A stretch of 64,000 nucleotides of DNA from an uncultured Chloroflexia bacterium (GCA_963765765.1 CAVXYC010000023.1:1-64000), one strand, 5' to 3'; positions 12,200 through 23,775 are shown, counted from the first letter of the stretch. The notes: generated by a model not told the origin, from the sequence alone. Numbers and translations: made by a program.

Positions 12200-12435
12200 A
12201 CTCCGACCGACGGAACGATCGTACCGCCACTAGCGCGCTGCCGGCGATTCGGAGCATCGCCCGCGAGGCTGCCGAGAACGGGCTCCTGGATCGCGAGCAG
12301 GCGCAGGCCGTGTGTGCAGTCAAGAACGTGAAGAGCTCGGGCGCCCGTGCCGGAAACTGGCTCAGCCTGGACCAAGCGCACAGGCTGATCGCGACTCCGG
12401 CGCCGACCACACTGAAGGGACGGTACCGACGGTGA
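12200..12435 (+). pseudogene. Tyrosine recombinase/integrase fragment
   Basis: AIRSIAREAAENGLLDREQAQAVCAVKNVKSSGARAGNWLSLDQAHRLIATPAPTTLKGR resembles the core-binding/linker region of phage-integrase-family proteins. It stops just before the catalytic domain. Confidence 0.65.
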
Positions 12436-12890
12436 GCTCGAACGCCTCGGCGGTCAAACACTGGAGCACCTGACGACAAAGGACGAGTTGCTGGCCGCGA
12501 GAGACGACCTGATCGGCGAGCGAGACACCTTACAGATCCAGGTGGAGAAGCTGCGCGAGCACTTAGCGCGCGCTCAGCGGCCCTGGTGGCAACGGTTGTG
12601 GAGCTACGGGCAGATGTTTTTCAACGCATTGGTTGGTTTCCTGCTCTGGCTCACGCTGGCCGCCATCCCGGCGGCAATTTCCCGGGGAAGACCCTGCACG
12701 AGAGTTTTTACTCGTCAGACCAATGCTCGTTATCGCTGTGGTTTTGTGGAGAGGCTCCAGTCCCCCGACCACACCCCCCAAAAGTGACGAGGCGGGCGGC
12801 GGTCGAGGCGGAGATTGATCGGACGCCCCGGCGCGCCTGCCATCAGGCGTTGAGCAGGGCGAGAACGATCTTTCGAATACGAGCGTCCCG

Positions 12891-14720
12891 GTGGGTGCGC
12901 ATTGCATAGGTTGGACAGGTGGCAAAGCCGGTTCAACTGCGTGGCCCCACCATGCGGCACCGGTACGGCCGTGTCCTTTGCCCTTTAAATTGTCAATCCC
13001 CACCGCGATTCGATGGAGAGAGCTCGGCCTTCCGGCGCTTCTCTGTATCGCCGTGTTTCTGGGGGCCTACGAGTTGTTCTTGGCCCGGGCGCTCATTGCG
13101 CCACTCGTTCGTGGACTCGGGACCACCGTGGGCACGATTCAAGCAAGCATTGTGCTGTTCTCAGTCGCGACGGCGATGTCCGTGCCAACCATGAGCAAGC
13201 TTGGCGCTATGCATGGGCTGCGCTGGCTATTTCGCCTCGGGCTCATTCTTTTGGTTGTGGGCTCCGCAGTTGCCGCGCTCAGCCCTAACGTGCTGGGCAT
13301 CTTTGTCGGGTTTTCGATTCTGGGCGGAATCGGCGCCGCGCCGCTGATCGCGGTCGCCTGGTCGGTGATGCAACGCAGCTATCAAGGGCGACAGCGCGAC
13401 ATTGGTTTTGCCGCCCTTGGACTGGCGATAGGGCTCGCCGGGGCGATCTCTCCCGCAGTGACTGGCCTCATCGCGGAACATGTCGGCTGGCGCTGGGTGT
13501 TCCTCCCCCCGAGCCTCGTCGCGATGGGGGCATTTCCGTTGATACACGTACTGTCCGACGAGCGGAGCGAGACGGCGGAATCGATTGACTGGTTGGCCAC
13601 GTCGTTGTCGATGATCAGCGTATTCGCAGTGTTGTGCGGACTGTGCTTGACGAGTGAATACGGTTGGTGGGCACCGCGAAAAGACTTTTTCGTCTTCGGA
13701 ATCTGGCGGCAGCCAATTCCCATTTCTGTCGCGCCTGTCCTCCTCATCACCGGCGTGATCATGCTTGGCCTGGCGGGAGTCGAGCGGCGCAGCCCTCGAG
13801 CCCGAACGCGCCGACTCGCCTTTCGCGCTGGGCTGTTCAAAGATCGGCGATTCGTGGCCGGCAGTCTTACTGGGGCACTCCATGGCGCCGCCGTCGCGGG
13901 GCTCTTCTTTTCCCTGTTTGTCTATGTCCCATTTGCTTTCAAGCTCGATTCGGTCGCTACATCCGTTGCCGTCTTACCCTTGAACGTTGGAATGGTCGCC
14001 GCAGTAGCAGCCGTGGGTCTGCTCCATGGTCGAATCGTTCCGAAGTACGCAGTGCAATTCGGACTAATTGTCTGCGGCATTGGGACGGCGCTGCTCACGA
14101 GATCGATCTCACCGGACGGCAGCCTGTCTGATATCTACCCTGGGCTCATCGTCGCGGGACTTGGCTCCGGCCTTGTATTGGGACAGATTGCCAATCTCGT
14201 CCTCGCAAATACGCCTCCCGACGCATCGGTCGAATCAAGCGGAATCTATAACTCGTTTCAGGACCTCGGGGGTTCGCTGGGGACTGCAATACTCGGCGCC
14301 ATATTGATGCTTCTCACGTCGATGTCCATCGTGGGCCTGGTAAGCACTCTTAAGGGGATCGATGTTGGAAGAGAAGGCGATCGTGTGCTCGTCACGCAGC
14401 TCAGTGACCGGTTGCAGACACTCACCAAGGACGAAAAGCAGGAGATTGTAGAATCGCTGCCGCCAGAGACCAGGGACCTGTTGGAATCAACCGTCAAACG
14501 GGCGGGAGCTGAAGCAATGCGGACCACGCTCGTTGCGATTGATGTCACCCTGGGCCTGTCGCTGCTTGCATCCTTCTTCATGCCGATGAGCCGACCCTCG
14601 CTGAACCGGCCGGCCGATCACGCGCCCCCAAGGCCTGGAACCCACCTAGCCTCAGTCAGGGCCCGATCCAGGGCCATTGGAGGATTGAGGCGACCTGGCG
14701 GCGGTGGAGGCGGAGATTGA
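12891..14720 (+). CDS. MFS transporter, DHA2 (14-TMS)-like; true start probably near 13000
   Basis: Many hydrophobic helices, SKLGAMHGLR motif-A variant, GWRWVF, YGWW. Paralogous to the MFS at 23888-25724. Confidence 0.85.
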   Translation: MGAHCIGWTGGKAGSTAWPHHAAPVRPCPLPFKLSIPTAIRWRELGLPALLCIAVFLGAYELFLARALIAPLVRGLGTTVGTIQASIVLFSVATAMSVPTMSKLGAMHGLRWLFRLGLILLVVGSAVAALSPNVLGIFVGFSILGGIGAAPLIAVAWSVMQRSYQGRQRDIGFAALGLAIGLAGAISPAVTGLIAEHVGWRWVFLPPSLVAMGAFPLIHVLSDERSETAESIDWLATSLSMISVFAVLCGLCLTSEYGWWAPRKDFFVFGIWRQPIPISVAPVLLITGVIMLGLAGVERRSPRARTRRLAFRAGLFKDRRFVAGSLTGALHGAAVAGLFFSLFVYVPFAFKLDSVATSVAVLPLNVGMVAAVAAVGLLHGRIVPKYAVQFGLIVCGIGTALLTRSISPDGSLSDIYPGLIVAGLGSGLVLGQIANLVLANTPPDASVESSGIYNSFQDLGGSLGTAILGAILMLLTSMSIVGLVSTLKGIDVGREGDRVLVTQLSDRLQTLTKDEKQEIVESLPPETRDLLESTVKRAGAEAMRTTLVAIDVTLGLSLLASFFMPMSRPSLNRPADHAPPRPGTHLASVRARSRAIGGLRRPGGGGGGD

Positions 14721-15574
14721 TGGACAGCCCCCTTATGGATCGCCCAGCTGGGCGCGCAGCTGCTCAAGCGGGCGCAGTGCGTCCTCGGTGGCCGCCGCGA
14801 TCGCGGCTGCTCCGGTCGGAAATGGCGACGAACTCTGGTCGACGGGGCTCGTGCGGGATGCATTCGAGGCAGTCATGCGGGGCTCCTCCTAAGCGTCGGT
14901 ATAGGGGCGGTGCAATCATCATGCGACCCGGGGGCCTGTCCGGGGTCGGTGGCGCTTCATCGGGCCGTTGCGCCGCAGCGTCGGCAGAGCGCTCCGCACG
15001 CGCCCGCTTGGCCTCGGCAAGCCGATCCGCGAAGCTGGCGGGCTCGTCGGGCCCCGTGAATGAGGCGCTGGGGCGGTGCTTACTCATAACTACACCAACG
15101 GAGCGTGCTTCCCGAGCAGCTGCACGCGCCGCTCGGCCGCCGTGGGCTGGGCGTTCATGTACCGGCCCCCAGGATGCGCTCAGGGAGCCCCAGTGCCATA
15201 GATCCCGGTCCATCGTGCGCTCGGGGGCTTTTTTCTCTGTGCGGCGCTACTCCTCCTGGCGGTGGAGTTGCCTGCATGAGCTCGGCGAATGCCTGGACCT
15301 CGCCCGACCATGGAACGCCTCTGGCTCGCGGACCGGACTGCGCTGGACAACGGGATCCGGAGGCCGCCCGCTTTACGAACCCCCGGGCGAGATCCGCTCC
15401 ATCTGAATCCGCGGCTTAATGTGTGCGTTCGTGGCATTCAGCCTGCGAAGGGCCGATCCATCCCCTGGCCGAGCGCCTCACCAGGGTGGCGCTCCGATAG
15501 CCTGTCTGGGTAGTGCTGCTCCTCGGCGTGGCAGGCATGCTGGAATCGTGACGCAGTTCGGAGGAGGGTTGCTC

Positions 15575-15827
15575 ATGGGTACGTCTCTCACCACCGAGAT
15601 CTGTGGCCGAGTCACCGAGTACATCACCGGGGCGATCACCCTCGAGCAGTTCGATGCCTGGTACGCACCGGAAACATGGGATGTCCAGTGGGACGAAGAC
15701 GGCGAAGCGACCGCGATGGTCCACGCCATCGACGAGCTGCTCGCTCAGTACACCGACGGTAAGCTGGCGTGAGGACGAGCTTCGCGTGCAGCTTCAGGAG
15801 GTCTTGAAGCTCGTCTCGCGTGCGTAG
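15575..15827 (+). CDS. Small acidic helical hypothetical protein (probable frameshift near 15770)
   Basis: GGAGGAGG RBS, then MGTSLTTEICGRVTEYITGAITLEQFDAWYAPETWD...AIDELLAQYTDG, continuing in another frame as EDELRVQLQEVLKLVSRA*. Confidence 0.5.
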
Positions 15828-15956
15828 AAACCAGCCTGACCCGTTCAGGCTCTTTCGTCCAGTGCGTGCTGCTAAGCGAGGCGCGCTCACCGACTGATTC
15901 TAGATTGGTAATATACTTGACTCACGTTCTTGTGCCCATCATAGTGGTGGTGCGGC

Positions 15957-16897
15957 GTGAGTGGCGGTGTGATGGCCGCCATCATCAAAGGGTCGCGCGC
16001 GAGGTGGGCGGTGGTTCTTAACGCTTACGTCGATGAGACGAAGCCCGAAGGTGCACGTATCGTTGCTTTAGGTGGCTACGTCTTCCACGAGTCCGCCAGT
16101 AGTCGATACGAGCGACGTTGGAAGGACGTGTTAGGGAAGGCTGATCCACCCCTCGAACGATTTCACATGACAGATTGGGAAAGCGGGTGGGGTGAGTTCA
16201 AAGGATGGCCGAAGGAGTACCGCGAATTCTTTTACAAGAAGCTCGTGAACATTATCCATCAGACGGCTAAACTCGCCATCAATGTTGGCGTGGATCTAGA
16301 AGCTTTTGACGCGCTTAGCCCTGAGGATCAAGTCCTTTTAGGAAAGTATCCATATACGCTGGCTGCCGGTGGTTGGTAGGAATAGTCCATCAATGGAACA
16401 AAAACGCTGAACCCGTCCAATATTTTTTCGACCGTGTTGGACCAAAGGAAGGCAAAGCTGAAGTAGAGGAAGAGGTTGACCGCTTAAAAGAAGACCGTTA
16501 CTACATTACTGGTTGTTATTGGGCAAACTCTTATCGCGTCACTGAGTTACAAGCGGCAGACATCATCGTGTACGAGTACGGTAAAGAGGTTGCGAACAAC
16601 CTTGGTCGTACAGCTAAACACAGGGAGATGCGCAAATCTGCAGTCGCGTTAGTCAAAGCTAAGACAGCTCCGCCGATCGCACAAGAATTCTACGACGCCA
16701 ATCGATTGCAGCGGGCGGTTAGGCTACTAAAAGCAGGAAAGCCGTTGGTCTGGCATCCAGACGACGGGATGGCCGTTGGTTATGGAGCCTGGGCGCTGGA
16801 TGCTAGGACTTCGCCTGCGGCCCCCGCCGCGGCTTCTCATCCCGCTTGCGCTCGTATCTCTCGCGCTGCTCTTGCACCTCGTGCGGAGGAACATTGA
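15957..16897 (+). CDS. DUF3800-like (RNase H-fold) protein, split by a frameshift near 16370
   Basis: N-terminal AYVDET...VALGGYV, FHMTD, and C-terminal LQAADIIVYE match the DUF3800 pattern. Visibly more AT-rich than the flanks. Confidence 0.7.
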
Positions 16898-17018
16898 GCA
16901 TCGCTCGCGTGAAGCGCTCAAATTTGGTGAGCGGGCGCTTCGTACCCGTCTCCTTGTCGGGAGGTGGTGTGTCAGGCGTGGTGCGCTCCTCCGGCCTTGT
17001 CGGCGGCCGCTAAACAGA

Positions 17019-17864
17019 TTAGACAACTGCCGTTTTCCCGGTCAGGTTCTTGCAGGTCAATCGCTTCCCTACAACCTGACCGATGGCCCGCATGAATCGC
17101 TCCTGAGCGGTGCCGTGCCGTAGGCTCCCAGAATTCTCGATGCCGTTAGTGTGAACGTTCCCATCGACGTAGGCCTCGGCGTGGTCGATGACCTGACGGA
17201 TGTACTCGCGATCCAGCTGGACGCCAGCGCATCGGTCAAGACCGCGGGAGCCAGGCTGACGTGGTCGGTAACCAGAGTGTGAAGCTCACTTTGCGGCGAG
17301 CTGGGCCACGGCTGCGCGGACCTGGCTCGGTCGGTCAGCGCTATGCCGTTCCAACGGCCCCATGACCGCGACCTTGCCGCTTCCGCCAGCGCCGGTGATG
17401 ACGCGCTCGCGCTTATCTTTGTGCATGTTGCGAGCCTTGCCACCGATGGAGGTTTCATCGACTTCAACGGTGACCATCATCTTCTCAAAGGAGCCGGTCT
17501 GCATCGCCAGACGGAGACGGTGCAGCATGAACCACGCGCTTTTCTGAGTGACGCCGATGGAACGGTGCAGCTTCGTACGAGCTGATGCCGTTCTTGGCAT
17601 TGCAAATGTAGCCACATCGCGGACAGCCATTTCTCAAAGCCAATGGGGCTGTCCTCGAAGATGGTGCCGACCTTGAGCGCTGAACTGCTTCTTGCAGGAT
17701 TTGCAGCGCCAGATGCGCCGCGTGGCGATGATTCCTACCGAGACGACTCCGCAGTGGGGGCAACGAACACCGTTTGGCCAGCGCATATGTACGACGAAGT
17801 CGAGCGCTCGGTCAGGATCGGAGAAGTATTGGACGGCTTCGAGAAGAGTGGTCGGCTGCTCCAT
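17019..17864 (-). pseudogene. IS1595-family transposase, degenerate
   Basis: Zn ribbon RWPNGVRCPHCG...WRCKSCKKQFS, HTH KNGISSYE/LHRSIGVTQKSAWFMLHRLRLAM, VEVDET, HTNGIEN and terminal GKRLT. It has frameshifts and lacks the segment normally following the GIEN motif. Confidence 0.88.
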
Positions 17865-17911
17865 ACGACCACTGTAACAAGATGAGGCTAGTGTGTCACG
17901 TATGTTATACC

Positions 17912-18844
17912 CTAAAATCGGGCCATATCGCTGGCGGTCGCCCACCGTGCGCGCTCGCAGTGAGGTCGCGTCGCGCCTACCGCGGCGGCCCGGGCCGGCC
18001 TCGTGCGGGAGCATCGCCCTCGGCCGTCGGCAGCGGCACGTACAAGACCGATGGCCGACCGGTTTGTCGGCGTCGCGTACTGGCTCATCAACTCGTGCAC
18101 CTCGTTGGGGAGATCGTCGCTGACCGGCAGCCCCAGCACCTTGGCCCGCTCGAAGCTGATCGGATAGTCGTGCGTCACCGTGCCCGTCGCCAGCGTCTCG
18201 GCCAGCACCTCCGCCCGCGCCCGTTCCATGCCACCGATCGTCAGGATCGTGATCACCGTGCCCCGCACCTGGGCCAGCGCCTTACGCGCCATGTCGGCCA
18301 TCATCAGCGTCTGGTCGCTGACCGCCGCCACCGGCTTCTGGGCGACCGCCTCCAGAATCGAGGCGGCCGCGAACGGGCCGATCTGCGGGTCGACCGGGCC
18401 GAGCACGGCGTTCGGGTCCATCACGATCTGGTCGCAGGCCAGTGCGAGCAGCGTGCCGCCGCTCATCGCGTAGTGCGGCACAAAAATCGTCACCGGCGCC
18501 TGATGCCGGAGGAGCGCGTGGGCGATCTGCTCGGCGGCCAGCACCAGCCCGCCCGGTGTGTGGACGATCAGGTCAATCGGCATCTCCGTCGGCGTCAGGC
18601 GGATCGCCCGCAGGATCGCCTCGCTGTCCTCGATGTCGATGTAGCGGGACAGAGGCACGCCCAGGAAGCTCACCGTCTCCTGGCGGTGGATGAGCAGGAT
18701 GACGCGCGACTTGCGCGCGCGCTGAAAGGCATCCAGCCGGCCGCGGCGGGCGGCCGACTGGCCCGACCGCTGGAAAATCGGCATGAGGACCATGAACGCG
18801 ATGAAGAGCGCGAAGAAGATCCAGAACCCGTCCCGCAGCTCCAT
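17912..18844 (-). CDS. SDH_sah / ClpP-class (S49-like) serine protease
   Basis: N-terminal TM helix, IHRQETVSFLGVPLSRYIDIEDSEAILRAIRLTP, HTPGGLVLAAEQIA, PHYAMSGGTLLALA, LGPVDPQ, THDYPI. The C-terminal tail may be frameshifted. Confidence 0.88.
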   Translation of the reverse strand: MELRDGFWIFFALFIAFMVLMPIFQRSGQSAARRGRLDAFQRARKSRVILLIHRQETVSFLGVPLSRYIDIEDSEAILRAIRLTPTEMPIDLIVHTPGGLVLAAEQIAHALLRHQAPVTIFVPHYAMSGGTLLALACDQIVMDPNAVLGPVDPQIGPFAAASILEAVAQKPVAAVSDQTLMMADMARKALAQVRGTVITILTIGGMERARAEVLAETLATGTVTHDYPISFERAKVLGLPVSDDLPNEVHELMSQYATPTNRSAIGLVRAAADGRGRCSRTRPARAAAVGATRPHCERARWATASDMARF

Positions 18845-19850
18845 GCGACCTCACCTCCTCCCGTTATCAGCTGTTTTCTGCTCGCCACCGGCACCACTGC
18901 CCGCACGGTCAGTATGGGAACGGTCGGTCAGGGTGACGGGTGTCGAATGGCACCTGGATGAACATGCCATTGCGCACCACGTATCGCAATTGACTCGCCG
19001 GGGGGCTTCCGGGTCCTCGCGACCCTGGCCTACCTGCGGGGACTGGTCTTCGCCTCGAAGCATCGACACGCCGCTGCAGGCGTCGACTATGCGCACAGGA
19101 GATGAACATCCAGGACAGAGAAGAGCAGATCGAGCAATTCCGGGTGGCGACTGGCAACGTAGAGCGTCGTCCGCGCTAGCTAGGGTGCCAAGCTGGTTGC
19201 TGAGGATGGTAACGAGTGCGTTGCCATCGAGGTTAATCGTCGCTCGCTATCCCGGCAATGTCCCGATCCGGAATGGCGATGAATTCTGGGAGCCAGCGGT
19301 CCATGCCCTGCCGGTGATCCTCGTATGGACTGCCCGCGGCCCACGACGGTGCTGCTCTCATCGCTCGTCGGGAACGCCCCCCAGCGCCGTGCTCACCCCG
19401 ATCGCCTCGGCGATCGTCGGGAGGAAGGGCGGTAGCGTGACGAACCACAACTGGCTGGCGGCGACCGGCAGCACGACCGCGGCCACCGAGCCCTTCGGCA
19501 TGTAACAATCATCATGCGGGAACCGAGAGGAGGAGCGTCGCTTCTAACATTAGTACGAGGCAGTCTGGTGCGGAATGTCAGGCGTGATTGACCGAGCGGT
19601 AACACCTGGCCCCTGGTTCATCTGCGAGGCCGACTGCCCCGGTCCTGATCTCGCTGGCGCCGTTGCTCCACTGAGCGGCTCGGCTCATCGATGAGGGGCC
19701 GAAGGACACGCAAATCGCTCAGCCGGACGGGGAGTCGCGCGACGTTGACCGAAATGCTTTGAGGGTTGATCCTGCCCTCCTCGGGGAGATCAGCGCTCTT
19801 GACGCAATCGGCGGCGTCACCCAGCGTTGTCGAATGTCAGCACGTCGGCT

Positions 19851-20576
19851 TCACTCCAGAAGGGTCAGGGCGAATGCCAGGCCAAAGCCGAGCGTCGTCC
19901 ACAATCCGACGGCCTTGCCGCCGTGCTCATACGCCTCAGGCATCATCGTGTCGGCGAGCATGGTCAGCAGCGCTCCCGCCGCGAATGCTTGAATAAATGC
20001 GATGGTGCGCGGATCGGCAGTGTCCAGCAGCCCGTAGCCCAGGGCGCTTGCCAGCCCGGTCACCACGGCCACCGTCACCCAGAGCGCCAGAATGCGCCCG
20101 CGCCGCCAACCGGCCGCCAGGAGGCCGGTGGTGCCGGCAATGGCCTCGGGCAGGTTCGAGATGAAGATGGCGCAGAGCATGGCGACGCTGATGCCGCCAC
20201 TCAGCAACGAGCCGCCGAGCACGATCGCTTCCGGCACGCCATCGAGGACGGTCCCGAGTACGATAGGGAGGGTGTTTCCCTCGGCCTGCTCCCCGCTGGA
20301 GGCCTTGCGGCCGGAGCCGCCGAGACGGTCGATGAGGAGGTCGCCGACAAAGAACGTGATCGCGCCCGCGAACAGGCCGAACGCTACCCCTCCCCCGTCC
20401 GCCGTCTCGACAGCTTGCTCGACCAGCTCGTAGGCGATGGCGCTTATGAGGACGCCGCTGCCAAACGCCATGATATAGCCGAGCGTGCGGCGGCTGATCT
20501 TCATATACAGCGCCATGAGGCCGCCGATAATCAGCGAAGACCCGGCGATGAGCCCCCAGGCGAGCGCGAGAGACAT
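19851..20576 (-). CDS. ZIP family divalent metal (zinc) transporter
   Basis: IMAFGSGVLISA, LDGVPEAIVLG, AIFISNLPEA, AFAAGALLTMLADTMMPEA. Confidence 0.9.
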   Translation of the reverse strand: MSLALAWGLIAGSSLIIGGLMALYMKISRRTLGYIMAFGSGVLISAIAYELVEQAVETADGGGVAFGLFAGAITFFVGDLLIDRLGGSGRKASSGEQAEGNTLPIVLGTVLDGVPEAIVLGGSLLSGGISVAMLCAIFISNLPEAIAGTTGLLAAGWRRGRILALWVTVAVVTGLASALGYGLLDTADPRTIAFIQAFAAGALLTMLADTMMPEAYEHGGKAVGLWTTLGFGLAFALTLLE

Positions 20577-20919
20577 GGACTTGTGCCGATCACTGTTAGC
20601 TGTCGGAAGGTCAGCGCTTACTGACTCCCCAGCGTGGGGCGCCCGCGCATGATGCGGTCACCATATCACGACGGCAGCAGCCGACCGTTCTGCTCATCGT
20701 GCGCCCGAGTGCGCGCTGTGGCGGCTCGCCACAGAAGAAGTCGGGCGCGCCGGACAGCATGGCCGGGGGCATGCTGGGCAGCACCGGCTGTGCTCAGCAC
20801 ACGTCTGCAGAGCGCGTGCCCTATCGTGTCCAACCGCGGCTACGGCGCGAATAGCCGGCGCGGACCGTCCCCCGGCTGTCAGGAGGACGGTCCCACCAGG
20901 CTCGCCCGGACCTGGTCGG

Positions 20920-21771
20920 TCAGCGCCCTTTTGGATCGGACAGACCGTCCGCCACCGCGGCCTCGGCAGTCGCCACGCCCAGCGCCTCGGCGCCGCGCAG
21001 GCCCGATTCGAAGCCTTCGCTCCGCGCCTTACCGGCCGATTCGTCGAGCTCCTCGGCAGCGATGAGAGCCTCGACGCCGGTCGCGGTGCGCGCCGCGCTC
21101 TCCGCGGCCAGCTGTTGGCTGCGCTCAGCCAACGCTTCGGACGCGGACAGGCGGACGATGCCCTCGGCTACTTCGTTGGCACTCAGGTCGCTGAGCTGCT
21201 TACCCGTCACCGCCGTCGCCGCCGCCAGTGCCCGAGTCGCGCTGGCGAGCAGGATGCTGTCGACGGCCAGCTGGCTCACCTTCTCGCTCCGGTTGCCCAG
21301 AAACGCAGTCAGCAGCGGCATCTTCAGCTTGTCGACGAGGCTGCTCGCGACCTGCAGCTCGCCGGAGATCCGCGCCAGCTCCATCCCGCGCTCGAAGTCG
21401 GCCATGCTGGTCACGCCGACGACGGCGCTGAGGGTCTCCACGTCACCGGCCGCGACCAGCATCTCCGCCCCCTGCGCCACATCCGCGGCGCCGCTGGCGG
21501 CGACGATCTCGCTCAAGCTGGCGACCCGGTTGGCCACTGTCTCGAGGTCGGCAGCACGGGTCAGATCGTGGATGCCCGCCCCGAAGGCGATCTGGCCCGC
21601 CGAGTCGAGGACCTCCGCCGTCACGACCGCTCGGGCAGCATCCTCCATAGCGCTGGCGCCGGCCCCTGCCACCTTGGCTGCCTCCTGCCTCATTTCGCCG
21701 GCTGCCCGTTCCAACGGGTCCTGGCTCGTCAATTCCGGGGACGACGTCTGCGTTCGCGTCTTGGTTGCCAT
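20920..21771 (-). CDS. Ala-rich all-helical hypothetical protein
   Basis: Intact 283-aa ORF with a GAGGAGAG RBS and no recognisable motif. Confidence 0.7.
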   Translation of the reverse strand: MATKTRTQTSSPELTSQDPLERAAGEMRQEAAKVAGAGASAMEDAARAVVTAEVLDSAGQIAFGAGIHDLTRAADLETVANRVASLSEIVAASGAADVAQGAEMLVAAGDVETLSAVVGVTSMADFERGMELARISGELQVASSLVDKLKMPLLTAFLGNRSEKVSQLAVDSILLASATRALAAATAVTGKQLSDLSANEVAEGIVRLSASEALAERSQQLAAESAARTATGVEALIAAEELDESAGKARSEGFESGLRGAEALGVATAEAAVADGLSDPKGR

Positions 21772-21944
21772 CAGTCTCTCCTCATTCGTGCTACGGGCCC
21801 CGCGTAATGCTTGTGATGCTCGACTTACCCTGGCGCCAGGGGCCCAACCTGGCGCCAGCCGCCCACCTCTCAGGAAACAACGCCGCGCGTCCCCCGCATG
21901 ATCTCGAATGACACTGCGCAGGGTGTGTCAATCGACACGACCGG

Positions 21945-23775
21945 TCAGGCTACCGCGACGTCGCGCTCCGGGTGATCCGGAGGACTCGAAGATGGAGCCG
22001 GGTCGGATGCGAGCAGCACGGCCGTGTTGACGAGCGCGAGATGCGTGAACGCCTGCGGGAAGTTGCCGAGCAACCGCTTCCCGATCGGGTCGTACTCCTC
22101 CGAGATCAGGCCAAGGTCGTTTGCCAGAGCCACAAGACGCGCGAACAGGGCACGCGCCTCGTCCGTGCGACCGATCCCTGCCAGCGCATCCGCGAGCCAG
22201 AAGGAGCACGGCAGAAACGAGCCTTCCACACCGGAAAGGCCATCGACCGACCCCGTATCGTCCCCTGTCGAATAGCGGTCGACGAAGCCATCTCGCGTAA
22301 GCCAGCGCTGAACCGCTTCGACGGTACCGACCACACGCTCGTCGGTCGGCGGCAGAAAGCCGACCGCGGGGATCAGCAGCACGCTGGCATCGAGCTCCTG
22401 CGAGCCATAGTACTGCGTAAACGTCCGGCGCTGGGGGTCGTAGCCCTCGCGGCAGACCTGCTCGTGGATCTCGTCCCGGATCTGTCGCCAGCGATCAACG
22501 GGCCCGGGTAGTCCAAACCGCTCGATGGTTCGGACCCCACGGTCGAACGCAACCCAGGCCATCACTTTGGAGTGCGTAAAGTGCTGACGGGGGCCACGCA
22601 CCTCCCAGATTCCCTCATCCGGCTGCTTCCACGCCTCCTCCACGACCTCGAGCGTGAGCAGCGTGTTCTGCCAGCGGCTTGGCTCAGGTGGGACGTTCAG
22701 CAGCTCCAGGCCGAAGAAAAGCACGTCGGCCAGCTCCCCGAAGATATCGAGCTGAAACTGCTCAGAAGCAGCATTCCCGATGTGCACCGGCGCGGAGCCT
22801 TCGTAGCCCGGTAGCGTAGTCAACGTTTGCTCGGTCAGTCGACGCTCGCCGGCGAGGCCGTACATGATCCGTGCTTGCCGAGGATGTCCGGTCACGGCGC
22901 GGAGCAGCCACTCGCGAAACGCCACCGCTTCGGACTCGTACCCGGTGCGCAGGAGCGCCTGCATGGACAGCGCCGCGTCACGAAGCCAGCAGAAGCGATA
23001 GTCCCAGTTGCGCCCCCCGCCAATCACTTCTGGCAGGGAGGTCGTCGGCGCCGCGACGATGCCGCCGGTGGGCGCGTAGGTCATTGCCTTGAGCGTCATC
23101 ACCGAGCGCAGCACGATATCGCGCCACTCTCCCGTGTAGCTGAGACGTGCCGACCACTCCTGCCAGAGCCGCTCCGTCGCATCGAGCGCGGCGGCGGCGT
23201 CAATTGGAGCGGGCGCTGGCAGATGCGATGGATGCCATGACAGGACAAGCGGCACAGTCTCGCCAGCCACGATCGTGAACTCCGCGACGATGCCCTCATC
23301 CTTCTCTACCGACTCAACCGGGGCCCGTAGCAACAGCCTCGTCCGGCCCGGCAGTGGCGCTTATGCCGTCAGCGGTCGGCTCAATCCAGGGAACCGCCTC
23401 GCCGTAGTCGAAGCGTGGGATCAGCTCCGAGCGCAGTCGCACCTGACCGCGCAACCCCTCCACCATTCTGACCACGTGGGCGGCGTCATCGCTACGTCGC
23501 GGCATGAAATCCACGATGCGGCAGGCGCCTTGCTCCGTCTCGACCTCGCGCTCCAGCACCAGTGTGTCCTGGCGGTAGCGCCAGGACTGTGCCCGGATCG
23601 GGTCAACGGGCGCCAGCTTCCATCGTCCATGGCGGGGTTCGCCGAGCAGCGCGGCAAAACATGATCCGGAGTCGAACCGAGGCAGGCAGAGCCAGTCAAT
23701 CGAGCCGTCCCGTCCCACCAGAGCCGCCGTGTGCAGGTCGCCGATAAGGCCGTAGTCCTCTATACGAAGGGTCAT
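21945..23775 (-). CDS. Glycoside hydrolase family 15 (trehalase/glucoamylase-like), frameshift near 23330
   Basis: IEDYGLIGDLHTAALVGRDGSIDWLCLPRFDS, AAPTTSLPE..GG.RNWDYRFCWLRDA, QLDIFGE, PDEGIWEVRG, LGNFPQAFTH. Confidence 0.92.

Larger units (their letters stand above)
15907..17911 (-). mobile_element. Decayed IS1595-family element with passenger gene
   Basis: Imperfect terminal inverted repeats ggtaatatacttgactcac (15907-15925) and gtgtgtcacgtatgttatacc (17891-17911) enclose an IS1595 transposase remnant and a convergent lower-GC gene. Confidence 0.65.

Noticed and set aside
15896-17920. Target-site duplication for the IS1595 element (tctagatt versus cctaaaat)
   Set aside because: Only about 5 of 8 positions match, which is not distinguishable from chance.
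18850-19800. Short ORFs between the protease and ZIP genes, including a hydrophobic MFS-like fragment at about 19360-19500
   Set aside because: Too short and degenerate to assign. Possibly gene remnants.
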